Below are positions 11,501-23,897 of a DNA stretch of 64,000 bases, piece after piece. Below the pieces are notes generated by a model that saw nothing but the letters and a program-made list of their open reading frames with translations, had not been told where the DNA came from and did not search any database. Made by a program: the position numbers and the translations under genes. This DNA is from Hormiphora californensis (taxonomy: Eukaryota; Animalia; Ctenophora): assembly GCA_020137815.1 (NCBI GenBank), contig CM035361.1, positions 3,658,001 to 3,722,000 on the forward strand, in the 5' to 3' direction. Every line of letters starts with the position of its first letter. Position 1 is the stretch's first letter.

Positions 11501-14500
11501 GGAAGAAAGAAGTTAAGTTTTGCAATAAATTGGCTTCTTTGAGCTGGATTTAACTAACTAAACGGAATCGCGTATTTCTCGTGGTTTCGTGGCCGAGCGG
11601 TCTAAGGCGCCAGTTTAAGGCACTGGTCCTCCGGGGCGTGGGTTCGAATCCCACCGAAGCCAACTTTTTTGTAAAATTAACTACAAATTTCAGGGAAATT
11701 AATATTAATTCATCCCTTGTAAAACATTGTTTTAAAGTTTAAATTTAGCAATACTTTTTACCGTGTTTATTTTATCTAAAAACTATAGAATCACAACCAA
11801 AAATTCCAAAAAAAAGTTGGCTTCGGTGGGATTCGAACCCACGCCCCGGAGGACCAGTGCCTTAAACTGGCGCCTTAGACCGCTCGGCCACGAAACTATG
11901 TTAATATTGCAATTTCACTTAACTATATATGCTATAAATTTCAAGCGCGGCTGACATTGCATTATGTGTTATTTCGAACACCCTAGTTATAAATTACTAA
12001 TAATTGATTTAATTAATTATTTTCAGCTGTGTCATCGCTTGAGATCGCCAACACGCGGGCAACGGGAGCTAGGACATTCTTCTCTCGCCAAGAGCTGACT
12101 GATTGCTTCTTCAGGGGATGTGAAGGGGGAGATTTTAGGTATTTAATCATATTGCATCTCTCAGTCTCTAATATCCAATTCTATGGCAGTGGCCACCATT
12201 GACAGTATGTACATAAATCTCATGCATAACATCTAATTTATATCCCCCCAATTTAACAAGTAAAACCGCTCTCACAACCCCCTCCCAATTCCCCTGCCCA
12301 GAATGGTTGCTAACATGCTCGCCACAATGGATCATCTTGCATCAGCCCACGAGTATGGACCTTATCTGTCGAGGGGGGCTAAGCATGGATTTGCATGCAA
12401 GGCATCCCTTACACCAGATTCTCTACTCGGTATAAAGGTACGTTCAGACACGTAGATAATAGATATTTTCTGAAAATTCATGCAGATGGTTTACATATTT
12501 TATGTTTATATTAGAAATTCTATTTAATTATCTTGATCTTATAAATATTTTATTCCAATAAACGATCTCACAAGTATAAAATCAATGTTAATATTAAATA
12601 TCATATTTAGGTTGAGGGATACAGACCAGTTACGGTTGATAACTTTGAACGCTCCATAATTAAATATGGCTCTGTTATCGCTTGCTTTGATACAGGTATA
12701 CGGTGGCAGATTCCGGCCAAGAGTTTTTTTAGTCAAGTGAAATATTTTTGCTTGAAGTTTTATAAAAATTTTATTTAAAAATAAAAATAAACATGTCCTT
12801 AAAATTATTGGCCGGAATCTGCCACGCGAGTGGCAGATCTCGGCCAAGATTCTAAAAAAACCTTGGCCAGAATCTGCCAACCACGTGGCAGATTCCGGCC
12901 AACAAACTAATTTTACTTATATCAAAGCGAAAACCGATGTACCCGACTAATTTTGATACGCTGAATCACGTAAGCAACTTTTCCAATCCCTCAGAGGTCG
13001 GGAAAGTGTCCTAATTGAGCATAATAGGGTCTAATTGACCCCACTTACAACTTTTCACCTGGAAACGATAGACGCTTATGTGAAGGCACTTTTCCGACTA
13101 ATTTTGATACGCTGAATCACGTAAGCTGTTTATCAAAGCCCCCCGAGGTCGGTAAAGTGCCCTAATTGAGCAATTAAGGCCAATTAGACCCAATTATACT
13201 TAATTAGGCCAAATTCCCGACCTCGGAAGGCTTGGAAAAGTTGCTTACGTGATTCAGCGTATCAAAATTAGTCGGAAAAGTGCCTTCACATAAGCGTCTA
13301 TCGTTTCCAGGTGAAAAGTTGTAAGTGGGGTCAATTAGACCCAATTATGCTCAATTAGGACACTTTCGCGACCTCTGAGGGATTGGAAAAGTTGCTTACG
13401 TGATTCAGCGTATCAAAATTAGTCGGGTACAGCAGTTTTCGCTTTGATATAAGTAAGTTTCAGTTTGTTGGCCGGAATCTGCCACGTGGTTGGCAGATTC
13501 TGGCCAAGTTTTTTTTAGAATTTTGGCCGAGATCTGCCACTCGCGTGGCAGATTCCGGCCAATAATTTTAACAAAATGTTTGTTTTTATTTTGAAATAAA
13601 ATTTTTATAAAACTTCAAACAAAAATATTTCACTTGATTGAAAAAAAACTCTTGGCCGGAATCTGCCACCGTACAGGTATAATACTTGATTAGATTGGAT
13701 TTGAGATACTAGATTAAGTTAGATTCCTTCTTCGAACATATACGTAGTTAAATACACTAAATATTAATTAGCTGATTATTAAAAGCTGGCGTTTTAAACT
13801 ATAAAATATTAATTATTAAATGCTGGATAACAAATTACAGGTCATAAAAGTAAAACGTGCGGAGAGAATTATTTGCATCTCCCCGGTGGGGTGCTGGATG
13901 GACCTGCGGTGGACGGAGGGTGCACCCATGCCATCCTACTCGTGGGGTGAGTTTGGGCAGGTTTGGGCATATTTGGGCAGGTTATTATTCCTCCGATTTC
14001 ATGATTTTCGCGGCTTTTCTAAGGCCATGACTTTCGCAGCTTTTCACTCAAAGTTATTAATGAATTTTTAACCAGGAAAAGTCATAAACAATATTTTGAG
14101 ATAAGATTGTTATATCAATATCAATTATATACGTTATAACATATTATATTTGTTGCCTAGATACACTCCGGAATACTACATAGCACGTGATAGCAGAGGT
14201 GTTTCAAAAGGTAACCGGGGATACTTCAACATAAAACGAGGAGGAAATGTCTGTGGAATTGAAGACGACATGGCGGTAATTAATTGATTAATTACATATT
14301 ATCAAGTACATAATTAAATATTCAAACATGCCACTTTTTAACTAATTCATCAATCTGAATCAGAGTTTTAGTTGCAGATAAGTTGGCATTAATCGGTATA
14401 AGTTTATGATGAATCGCCCCATTCTTCATCTTCAAAAGTTGTCAAATCAATTTATTATTAATTTACTTATTTATCAATCAGGCTCTAGTGACAGTTCGAA

Positions 14501-16065
14501 GGAGAGGATCAAAGGCGGTTGCTTCTAGGACCCACTGTCCACTGGACAAGCCCCGGTTTTGCCCCCAATCTTTCTCCTGTACAAGCAACAACCGGTGTTT
14601 TGATCCGTATGGGCGATCGGGCGAAAGGAGGAAACGGAGTGCGATGTCCAAAAGGGTAATTGTTGTGAAAGAACAACATCTCTCGCATCTCTTTCATTTT
14701 ATCTCACGCTCTGGTCTCTAGACGGTGTCTAGACGGTACCGTCCCGGCGTCTGGACGGCGTCTGGACGGTGTCTAGACGGTATCCGTCCGAAATTGAGAC
14801 GGCACGTCTGAAAATTGTACCAGACGTTGAGACGGACTTTTAGAACTCCGTCTGTATTTCAGACGGAGTTTTAAAAGTACGTCTCAACGCAGTCTAAAGG
14901 AAAATCGATGAAAGTACCGTCTAGACAACGTCTCAACTGAAACCGGTCAAAATACCGTCTAAACAACGTCTAGACAACGTCTTAAGCGAATCCGATACAG
15001 ATACCGTCTAAACAACGTCTCATAGTATCAGCCATAAACAGTATCTCACAGTTGTATTACAACGCGATAGCTGGATGTAAGAGTGAATGTGGAGATACCA
15101 AAACAGTTTGGCTGAATGTAAGAAGAAACAGCAACCCGCCATTGTCGTCTCATGAATGTAAAGGCGCGAAGTTTAATTCTTTAGACTGCCTACCACACAT
15201 CTACCACTAATTCCAACTGGCATGGGTAATCCAGAATGGTCTTCGAAAACGGTCGAGTCTAGACATCATTATTTGAGACGTTTTCTAGACGTTGTTTAGA
15301 CGGTATTCTTATCGAAATTGCTGGAGAAGTTGTTCTAGACGGTATTTGAAACTGAATCGCGAGATTCTGTTTAGACGTTGTCTAGACGTTGTTTAGACGG
15401 TATATTGACCGGTTTCAGTTGAGACGTTGTCTAGACGGTACTTTCATCGATTTTCCTTTAGACTGCGTTGAGACGTACTTTTAAAACTCCGTCTGAAATA
15501 CAGACGGAGTTCTAAAAGTCCGTCTCAACGTCTGATACAATTTTCAGACGTGCCGTCTCAATTTCGGACGGATACCGTCTAGACACCGTCCAGACGCCGT
15601 CCAGACGCCGGGACGGTACCGTCTAGACACCGTCTAGAGACCGTCTGATACCGTCGCAACACCGTCTGATACCGTCTATAACCCGTCTAGAGACCGTCTG
15701 ATACCGTCTATAACCCGTCTCAAGCAATTTCGGTACCGTTTTTAGCTGATTTCACCGAAACCCGTCCAGACGCCGTCTAGACGGCGTTGCGACGCCGTCT
15801 AGACGCCGTATGCCGCAAATGAGAAATTGCCCTCTTATCTCCCTCCTATCACCCTTTTATAATAACCCCCGCTTGCCACCCTCCCGGGACACCAACTTTT
15901 CTCACTCTTATCTATCTCTTATCTCTCTCTCTCTCTCTTATCTTACTCGTATCTCACATTACCCTCTTATCTCCATCTTATATCCCCTTATCTCCCTCTT
16001 TATATCTCACTGTTATCTCTCGTTAATCTCACTCTTATCTCCCTCCTACTCTGATCACCCTCTTA

Positions 16066-16163
<98 letters not shown>

Positions 16164-18415
16164 GCTCTTATCTCCCTCTTATCTATCTCTCTCTATCTCT
16201 CTTATCTCTCTCTTTATATATCTCACCATTATCTCCCTGTATATCTCCCTCTTATCGCCCATTCTCCATCTTTTCTCCCTCTTATCACCCTCTTATCGCC
16301 CTCTCATCTCCCTCTTATCTCTATCTTTAGTCTTTATATCTCGCTCTTATCTCCTATTCTCCCTCGCAGGAAACTAACTTTTCCACCTGTGAAGACACGA
16401 TCCAAAGCTGTTTGGTTTTCCGGAACACAGGTCGATGCTCTCAGAGCAACGTGAGGAACACTCTGTGCAGAAAAACGTGTGGAACGTGCACGAGCACCAT
16501 GTAAGATCAGCCAATCAGAAGATGCCATTACTATATCACGTGATCTATATTGACCAATCAGAACACGCCATTACTATATATCACGCAATAATTGTTAACC
16601 AATCAGAACACATGTTTCACAGGAATGTTTGCCGAGATTTGAGTGGATCATGTTTATCCTTAACTCCGGAGCAGTGCAAAGTTGGAAACATGAACAGAGC
16701 TTGTCCACAATCTTGTGGAATGTGCCGAGGGTAGGTTCATTAATTAATTAACTAATTTACTATTTAACTAATAGGCTAATTATTTAAAATTTTACTAGCA
16801 GCGGACTTTATTCTAGCTCACGTGTGACTTGTGTATCTTTTTTTACTAAAATTGTTGACCATTCAATCACGTGTGAAGGGCGGGTCAGCTATTATTAATA
16901 TCTAATTTCCAGGAACCGACCCAATCAGGAAATACTGGTCCCTGATTGGCTAATAACCAGTCACGTGACCTAAATATCGAGTTCTGATTGGTTGTTTACT
17001 TGTGTCGGTCAGTTCCTGTCTAATTTCTACTATTTCTATCCCCTCAGATCACGTGGAGGGAGACAAAGAGGACGGTTTATTGGTCACATGGCACTTGGTG
17101 GCCCCAAGGCGCTGTCAGGAGATTGTGCTGTTCCAACCATTGACCACGGACGCGTCATGACATCACGGTATGTTATTGTAGGGCATCACTCAGATCACGC
17201 GTGACTGATCACGCATCCAGCTCACGCGTGATTGATCACGCACCATGGTCATTAAGATTCAATGGTCCTGAATCAAATCAATCTCTAAATTAGGTCGAGA
17301 TTGGTGAGCGGAGAGAACCTGAATGTTGAATGTGATCCGGGTTATGTTAAGACTGGACAGGCAGTGACTTGTGTGATACAAGAGGTGTTCAGTAGAGATA
17401 GCCGCTTCCATCCTTCTTGCATCGAGGTTAGAAAATGAACGTTCGTTTAGCGCTTTCATGGTGACAGTGCTCCTTCATAAAATATTTTGTGCGCACAAAC
17501 AAGTAAATAATTATTCTTGGCACTTTTGGCCGTTTGTGATTATTTTCGAATTCAATTCATGGTTACCATGGTTACCGCCCTGTAGGTTGGTGGTGAGGAT
17601 TATACTGGAACGGGCGAGGATTATAAAGGGATCAAAAGTACATCCGCCACGGGAGAACAATGTCTCTACTGGAACAGTGCTATCGCATCAGGTATTAATA
17701 ATTCCCCTGCCTTCAAACTTTCACCAACTTTCCAAGTAAAACAATTAATCAATTGTTAATTATTCAACTTTTGTTTAGGCTCTCTGACCGGCCTCGAGAA
17801 AAAGGACTTGTTTCTAACGGAGAATCACAACTTTTGCAGAAACTTTGGAGGGATCGAGGTAATTTAATATTTCAATGTACAGTCGGACTCCGATTTAGTG
17901 GCCCCCGATTTAGTGGCACCCCGATTTAGTGGCAGGATTTCCCCCGAGGATGCATCTAAATCGGGGTCCGACTGTACTACATTTATCAGAATAAGTAAAT
18001 TAATTAATTGAATCTACGTTTTTAGGTAATGCCTTACTGCCTTGTGGACGTTGGCGGGTCAATTCAGGAACAACTCTGTTTCAAGGTACTTTTCACTAAA
18101 TCTTTTTTCTTTTTATACACAATTTGGAAATACGCGTCACCGGCGTGGGTTTAATTTTGCAACCTTGATTCGATCGGGAATGCTATATTACAATTGTTAA
18201 ATGTATTTTATATCCCGTTATTATAAATTTCGTTTCAGACTCCCAAATGTGAGGTCTGTGAAGGCCCTGAAGACCACCCTACTTCAACCTTTAACTGCAA
18301 CCAATTAACGGAGTGCGAATACGGAGAAGGACCAGAGACGGACGGCATGACGTGGAATTGGAAGTATTGTACCGCTACTTGTTGTAGGTTGTCTGGTGAT
18401 TTGTGTCATAATTAG
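8587..18415 (+). CDS. Multidomain papain-family (C1A) cysteine peptidase: propeptide - peptidase - 4-Cys mini-domain - ShKT x2 - Sushi/CCP - kringle - ShK-like Cys-rich domain (spliced)
   Basis: 16 phase-compatible GT-AG exons: 10449-10611, 10972-11065, 12027-12138, 12302-12437, 12611-12695, 13841-13946, 14161-14275, 14482-14655, 16370-16500, 16623-16730, 17048-17167, 17294-17426, 17586-17691, 17779-17858, 18026-18085, 18239-18415 (~632 aa, TAG stop). Papain motifs: PSSFDVR, QGVCGNCY (Cys at 11050), FSRQELTDC..GCEGG, HAILLVGY (His at 13927), GYFNIKRGGNVCGI. The 5' exons (8587-8672 MGEDERMMRGAVFSIACLVST and noisy pieces to ~9960) are uncertain. Confidence 0.9.
10060..10455. repeat. ~30-bp minisatellite (catctcagagcatcaaattccaacccc) ending at a splice acceptor
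   Basis: About a dozen degenerate units; the last ctcag|agcatc is the acceptor of exon 10449. Confidence 0.9.
11111..11190 (+). tRNA. tRNA-Leu(AAG), copy 1
   Basis: Acceptor stem GGTTTCG/CGAAGCC, anticodon arm CCAGT-TTAAGGC-ACTGG, long variable arm, GTTCGAATC T-loop/B box, T-run terminator. Confidence 0.95.
11372..11451 (-). tRNA. tRNA-Leu(AAG), copy 2
   Basis: Exact reverse complement of copy 1, followed by a T-run on the minus strand. Confidence 0.95.
11583..11662 (+). tRNA. tRNA-Leu(AAG), copy 3
   Basis: Identical to copy 1, followed by acttttttg. Confidence 0.95.
11818..11897 (-). tRNA. tRNA-Leu(AAG), copy 4 (G1->A variant)
   Basis: Reverse complement of copy 1 except the first base is A, giving an A1:C72 mismatch. 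Confidence 0.9.
12701..13671. mobile_element. Foldback (near whole-length palindrome) non-autonomous DNA transposon, Mutator-like TSD length
   Basis: cggtggcagattccggccaagag ... ctcttggccggaatctgccaccg; arms pair almost to the centre; flanked by the 10-bp direct repeat tacaggtata (12691-12700, 13672-13681). Confidence 0.9.
14713..15810. mobile_element. Foldback element with internally repeated (ccgtctagac-type) arms
   Basis: ~300-bp arms (14713-15020 vs ~15370-15643) built of short gacgg/ccgtc repeats around a unique spacer; the repeats continue to ~15810. Confidence 0.75.
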
Positions 18416-19484
18416 TTACACTAGTTAATTAATTGGTAAACAAGTTAAATAATTAGTTACTAATTAGCTAATTAGTTAGTTTAATTAGAGAGATAATTAC
18501 AGCTCCGAGCAAAACCAGAGACTCGATATTTTAAAGTTAACATCTGAAAAACGATGGAAAATTTATTTTAACAATTATTGTGCATGTGAAGTATATTTGT
18601 TATTTATTTAATCTTTATTTCATCCAAGATATGTATGCAGGACAATTCTGTGAATATGATAATTTAATTTTTGAGTTAGACATCACCGAGTTAATTATTG
18701 TGAATATATCTACAGTCAAACCTCCATTTGTGCATGGTAAATATTCGTATTTATGAGGAATTTACCTGTCCAGCAGGAACCGACCGAAACAAGTAAACAA
18801 CCAATCAGAACTCGTTATTTAGGTCACGTGACTAATTATCAGCCAATGAGGGACCACTATTTCCTGATTCGGTCGGTTCCTCCAGTATAATAAGCTGATG
18901 TTCCGGTAAGTCGAGGTTTGACTTAAAACTCAATATATACATATACTGTACAATTACCCATTGATTTTGTTTTATTCTGCATTTGAAATTATTTTGTTTT
19001 CACTGTCTCGATCTGTCCCCCGATTTACCGGGATACCCGGGGGAGTTTCCCTTTCCCCGGGAAAGGGTTTTGCCCGGGGTTAAATACCAGGGGTTAAATA
19101 TCAGGGGAGTATGTATCTTCTTGGTAAATCAGGGTTCCGGTAAATTGGGGTCTGACTGAATTTTCACTGCGCTGGCAAGCACAAAGGTGGCCACCCTCCC
19201 CAAACCTTTCCCAAAAAGTGTATTTGAGGTTTCTACTAATGGGATATTTCAGAAAGGATCCATTTAAGGTATAATAACGCCAAATCGCATTTTATAAACT
19301 CAATCCATAACATCCTTACAAGCAGCTTGTAATCATCCAGGTGCACTTTGCTGACCCTTTGTCAATTTTCACTGGCCCTTTCTCTCCTGACACAAGACAA
19401 AGCTGTCTGTCGGCGCCATGATACCCAATTTGCTCAGATGGGTTCGCGGCGCCAGACAGAGACAAAGCAGTCGGTATAAAACTC

Positions 19485-19700
19485 TTTGATACTTGATACT
19501 TGGAACGGTCTCCTCAATCATTCGAGTGGCCGGCTTCCGGTATCCTCACTCTTAGCGTCGTAAGCTGTCGCCATTCGTTACGGTTCATTGCAGTCGTAGT
19601 AATTGTACGGATAGACTGGGATTTCCCTGTGACTCATAAGTATATGGTTACCCTAGCTTTCTCTCTTGGGCAGCTTCTCCTCAGTAATGTTGAAAAGCTG
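19485..19700 (-). mobile_element. 5'-truncated RTE-like LINE 3' end
   Basis: Minus strand encodes ..AMNRNEWRQL.. followed by a short UTR and a (caagtat)n tail, as in RTE-clade 3' ends. Confidence 0.45.
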
Positions 19701-20885
19701 ACAAGCTGTCAGGCCAATGTAATGCTCTGACCATGACAGTACATACTGTCATGGTCAGAGCATTGGCTCCGTGAGAGAAATGAGGATAGGGCCAGGCCAA
19801 TGCTGCTGACAGTTGAAAATTGATGCCAATATTTGCCTTGTTTGAACAAAACAAGCCAATATCGGGGTTGTGAAAGTCTTTCTGGCTGATCTATTTTCAC
19901 AGTTTCAAGCTTAATTTACGTTGTAAAATGATTTTTTTTCATATTTTTACCAAGCTCTTTTCTAGCCAAAACTTACAGCTGATATTACTTAGCCAAAACT
20001 TACAGTCGACATTAAAAACTGTTAGTCCGTGTCCGATTTTCATACGGATTGTATTGTTTTCTCTACCATATTTCTATTTTCTCTTCTCTAAGTTCTATAG
20101 AATTGCGTATACTACTCCCACTACCAATAAAACAGTTACATCTCTATTTGACCACCCTGATAAGTGGTTTATTTAATAAGAAACTAGAGAGAGACCTATC
20201 CGGCCACATTATAGCTCTCAGGCACCATCTGAATATAAAAGGGGAAACTTCCAGAGCAACAATTTTAGTTTGAACATCATTTTACAGCTGCACAAGTGTG
20301 ATGACCTAGTTGGAGCAGATTTGTAAAATGGTTTATAGTTTGCCATACCTTAATTTAACTTCTGAGACCAGAGTAGTTTAAAGTTTTACTACCCCACAGC
20401 TCGACTAGTAAAAGGGAGGGCAATATCACATGCATTACATAACAGTTTCTAAGCTTCCACATAAATATAATTGAATTACAAGTTCAACGCTAGTTCCATG
20501 TGAAGTAACATACTTCACTGCGTGTTCCTGTGTTCATTTGAGAGATATCAGATTCTGCAGAGTTTCTCGAAGCTTTTCTATGATACCCATTTATACTGGA
20601 CCAATGGTAACGCTTTGGGCATCACCACTGGACACTGGTTATAGAGTGAAAGGTAATGCGTTTGATTTGGTTAGTACTTAGATGTTACAATATATTTTAC
20701 ATCCACTTAAAATGCTTTTTCCTCTGCAGTTTTCACACTGCTTTACTTTTACACACTCTCAGCTTCCTACCTCTTTCACCTATTTACACATTTTGTCTTT
20801 CTCTTCCTCACACAGTACTTCCCCAGCTCTGTCACTCTCTGCCCCTAGCTGTGTGTGTGTGTCTCTCTCTCTTTCTATCTATATG

Positions 20886-20917
<32 letters not shown>

Positions 20918-22881
20918 CCCCCTCTCTCTCTCACTTCCCTCTCCCTCTCAACAGTTGATGCAGCACCTACTTCCTGCGTCGGAACAATGACATTTGCTGT
21001 AGCTCGCTAGCACGTGTCCAACTGCTACTACAATTCACATGTGTGTCAAATCACGTGCATTTGCACGTGCAAATATATTGTGTTTCATACCGTACACCAC
21101 CAATCGTGTCAAATATATTGGGAACTGGATTTGAAGTTGCCTTTTGCCTTGCTCGACCCTGTTTCACAAACTGTAAAGGAGTGTTAGAACATAACATGCT
21201 GCCATATAAAGTTTATTCCTGCAGTTCTCTCTTCAGCTTTTATAGTTTTACATAGCTTTGAGGTGCAACTTCAGTCTTTAGGGTCCTCTGACCCGGCTTC
21301 TTCTTCATTTTCTTCGAGACTCTCTCAGCCTCCGACCCGGCTTTTTTCTTTTTCTTCTTCGAGACTCTCTCAGCCTCCGACCCGGCACTCTAAGTTGAAG
21401 AAGCTGAAGTGAATTTAACATGAAGTTAGTGTGGGCTACTCTATATAGCTATTGTATTACTCAACCTCATAGGACATATATAGAGGTTCCATTATAGATG
21501 AGCTATTGTATGAGAAGAGACAGACAAAGGGCTGTGTACTGTGTGAGCTCTTCATAGCTATAATAATTGGTAAAATTCGTAAGGAAAGAGAAGCACCTCT
21601 ACTTGAAAGTTCTGTGTTTGTAATTGTCATATTTTGTGAAAATTTTCTGTGAAATTTAAGTTTTATGCTTTCAGTTCAATAGGTTTTTTTGGAGCTACAC
21701 TATAGTTTGCAGAAAGGAGGGCTTGTTTGTAGGAATGAAGGCGGAAGAAATAACGCTATGCCAAGAGAAGTAGCTTAGTTAGAAAATTAAAAGAATTATG
21801 TTTGGTTAGTATTTTCTCACCATGCTGACAGCTACAAGAAAAGAAAACATGAGTTCGCATGAACAAAGGGTGAGGCCGCTGCAGCAGTGGCCAATGTGTT
21901 TTGGGAATTGCATTGTGGTTGATGTTTAGTGCTAAAGTATTGGAATGAACTCGACGTGATGTAGAAAGTTCCTGACGGTAACATGATCTCATAATTCATA
22001 CGAAAGATGATCTGTAACTGGATCAGGCCTTCATTTCAACACCAGCTTCGATACACTGTGTATGTAAAACAGCAACCCCTAAATTATATAACACTGCAGA
22101 ATCTTTTCATGATCTTCTTCTTCTGGGAGAGTTGTTTTGTTCAAACCCTTTTTGGAGGGTCGAACACAAGGCAATGGGAGAGTCGAGTTTGGAACTACAT
22201 ATCGCGAATTTTGTCAATGCGATATGATCGACTCTACTATGAGTGCAGTTGTCACATTGGTCAGTGTGTAGGAGGTGTGTATGACATGGTACCAGGTGTG
22301 TTCCAAATTATAGCACCCACCCTGCTGCCCCCTGCATGACAGCCTTTTTGAGAGTTGAGAGCATCTCCCCTGCCCTCTCTGGAGATAATAGTTTGTGATA
22401 GGTAGCTAGGCATTTGGCTACTTTGAATGAATAAAGTATCGAATATCTCAAACTGGTGTTTGAGCATGTACTGGGTGTCTGAGTGTGGTCTGGATAAATC
22501 CACCATACCACAGTCGAAGACAGATATTGGGTGTCAACCAGCTCATCCATCATGATCAGGAACCGATCGAATCAGGAAATACTGGTCCCTGATTGGCTGA
22601 TGACCAGTCACGTGACCTAAATAACGAGTTCTGATTGGTTGTTTACTTGTTTCGGTCGGTTCTTGATCAACGTAAAACTATTCACTGAGTAAATAACACA
22701 CCCACTTATAGGGCGTAACTATTTATTGAGTTGATACAAAGTTGCCGGCCATATCCTATTCCTTTTTCCTGTTGAGTAAGAAATAAAAACTACTTGTATA
22801 ATTAAGTAGCTCACGTACTGCTTATTTTTCATAAATTGATGATTGTGATCACAGTCGAGGGTTCACTGAACCGGTTCAGAT

Positions 22882-22990
22882 CAGGAACCGACCGAATCAG
22901 GAAATACTGGTCCCTGATTGGCTGATAACCAGTCACGTGACCTAAACAGCGAGTTCTGATTGGTTGTTTACTTGGTTCGGTCGGTTCCTG
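22882..22990. mobile_element. MITE family A (hAT-like, ~107 bp), representative copy
   Basis: TIR caggaaccgaccga/tcggtcggttcctg with 8-bp TSD gttcagat; the 9230-9334 copy has TSD atctgcag. Other copies near 4487, 7083 (rev), 16910, 18774 (rev), 22557, 24128 (partial), 48118 (partial). Confidence 0.9.
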
Positions 22991-23897
22991 GTTCAGATCA
23001 AACAAAACCATAATCTTTTACAATTGGAGCTTTAACACATAATATTTCCCAATTGCTCAACTTTCCCAGTCTTTGTTGTTGAGTTACTCAACTCTTTGTC
23101 TTTTTCTTCAGCAACTACGCCTCTGATATAATTTTATAATTCATGCTGAATGATCATATGTTTTATGCTGAATATGCAGAGTCAGAGAGAGATGAGTCAG
23201 CAGCATGGTGAACCCTAATATAGCTGCGCATAGTGTAACATAAACATAGAGTAAAACACAAGCTGTCAGGCCAGCGCATGAGCTTTGACACATTGCGACT
23301 CATGCTCTGACAGCTGTGAAACATCATGAGTTTCTTTATAAACATGAGTCTTTGTACGTGTGTTTCAGACCGACAATATGTTGTTGCTTTAGTTACCATT
23401 CGCACAATGTACAGTCGGACCCCGATTTACCGGAAATGCTCAGGGGAAAGGGGTTTTGCCCGGTAAATCGGGGTCCGAAAGTACCTTTGTCAATATCCTA
23501 GCAATTAGTTTGTAATAGGTTTGTGTGGTAGGCAAGGTGCGGAAAACTATTCCACATGGTGTTAATTGGTAGAATTCTACTGTGGAGAAAGAACGGACAT
23601 AATTCTTACTTTTTATTTCCTCGCTGTTATAGCCTATCCGCGAAATAGTAGCTTTCATGAGCCTTTTCTATGCAGCTTATGATGCTTCTAGCATGTGTTA
23701 TTTTTAGTTAATTATTTGCTACGATTATTCATTAAGCGATACCCCCAAAATCTGTTCAGGCCTAAATCTGTTCAAAGTCCAAAAATATATTTTGTTGGTT
23801 GTTTACAGTATGAACCCATAAATCCATTCGAAAATAAGCACACTAGTGCACAGTACCCGTAATTAAATCCAGTTATTAACCCAATAGTGCATCAGCA

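Noticed and set aside
11111-11897. tRNA-derived SINE interpretation
   Set aside because: Similarity stops at the tRNA ends and terminators; no shared body or tail
11006-11954. Three ORFs sharing MASVGFEPTPRRTSALNWRLRPLGHETM
   Set aside because: Antisense translations of the tRNA-Leu genes
20400-22556. Possible decayed transposase or gene on the minus strand
   Set aside because: No continuous frame or motif I could identify
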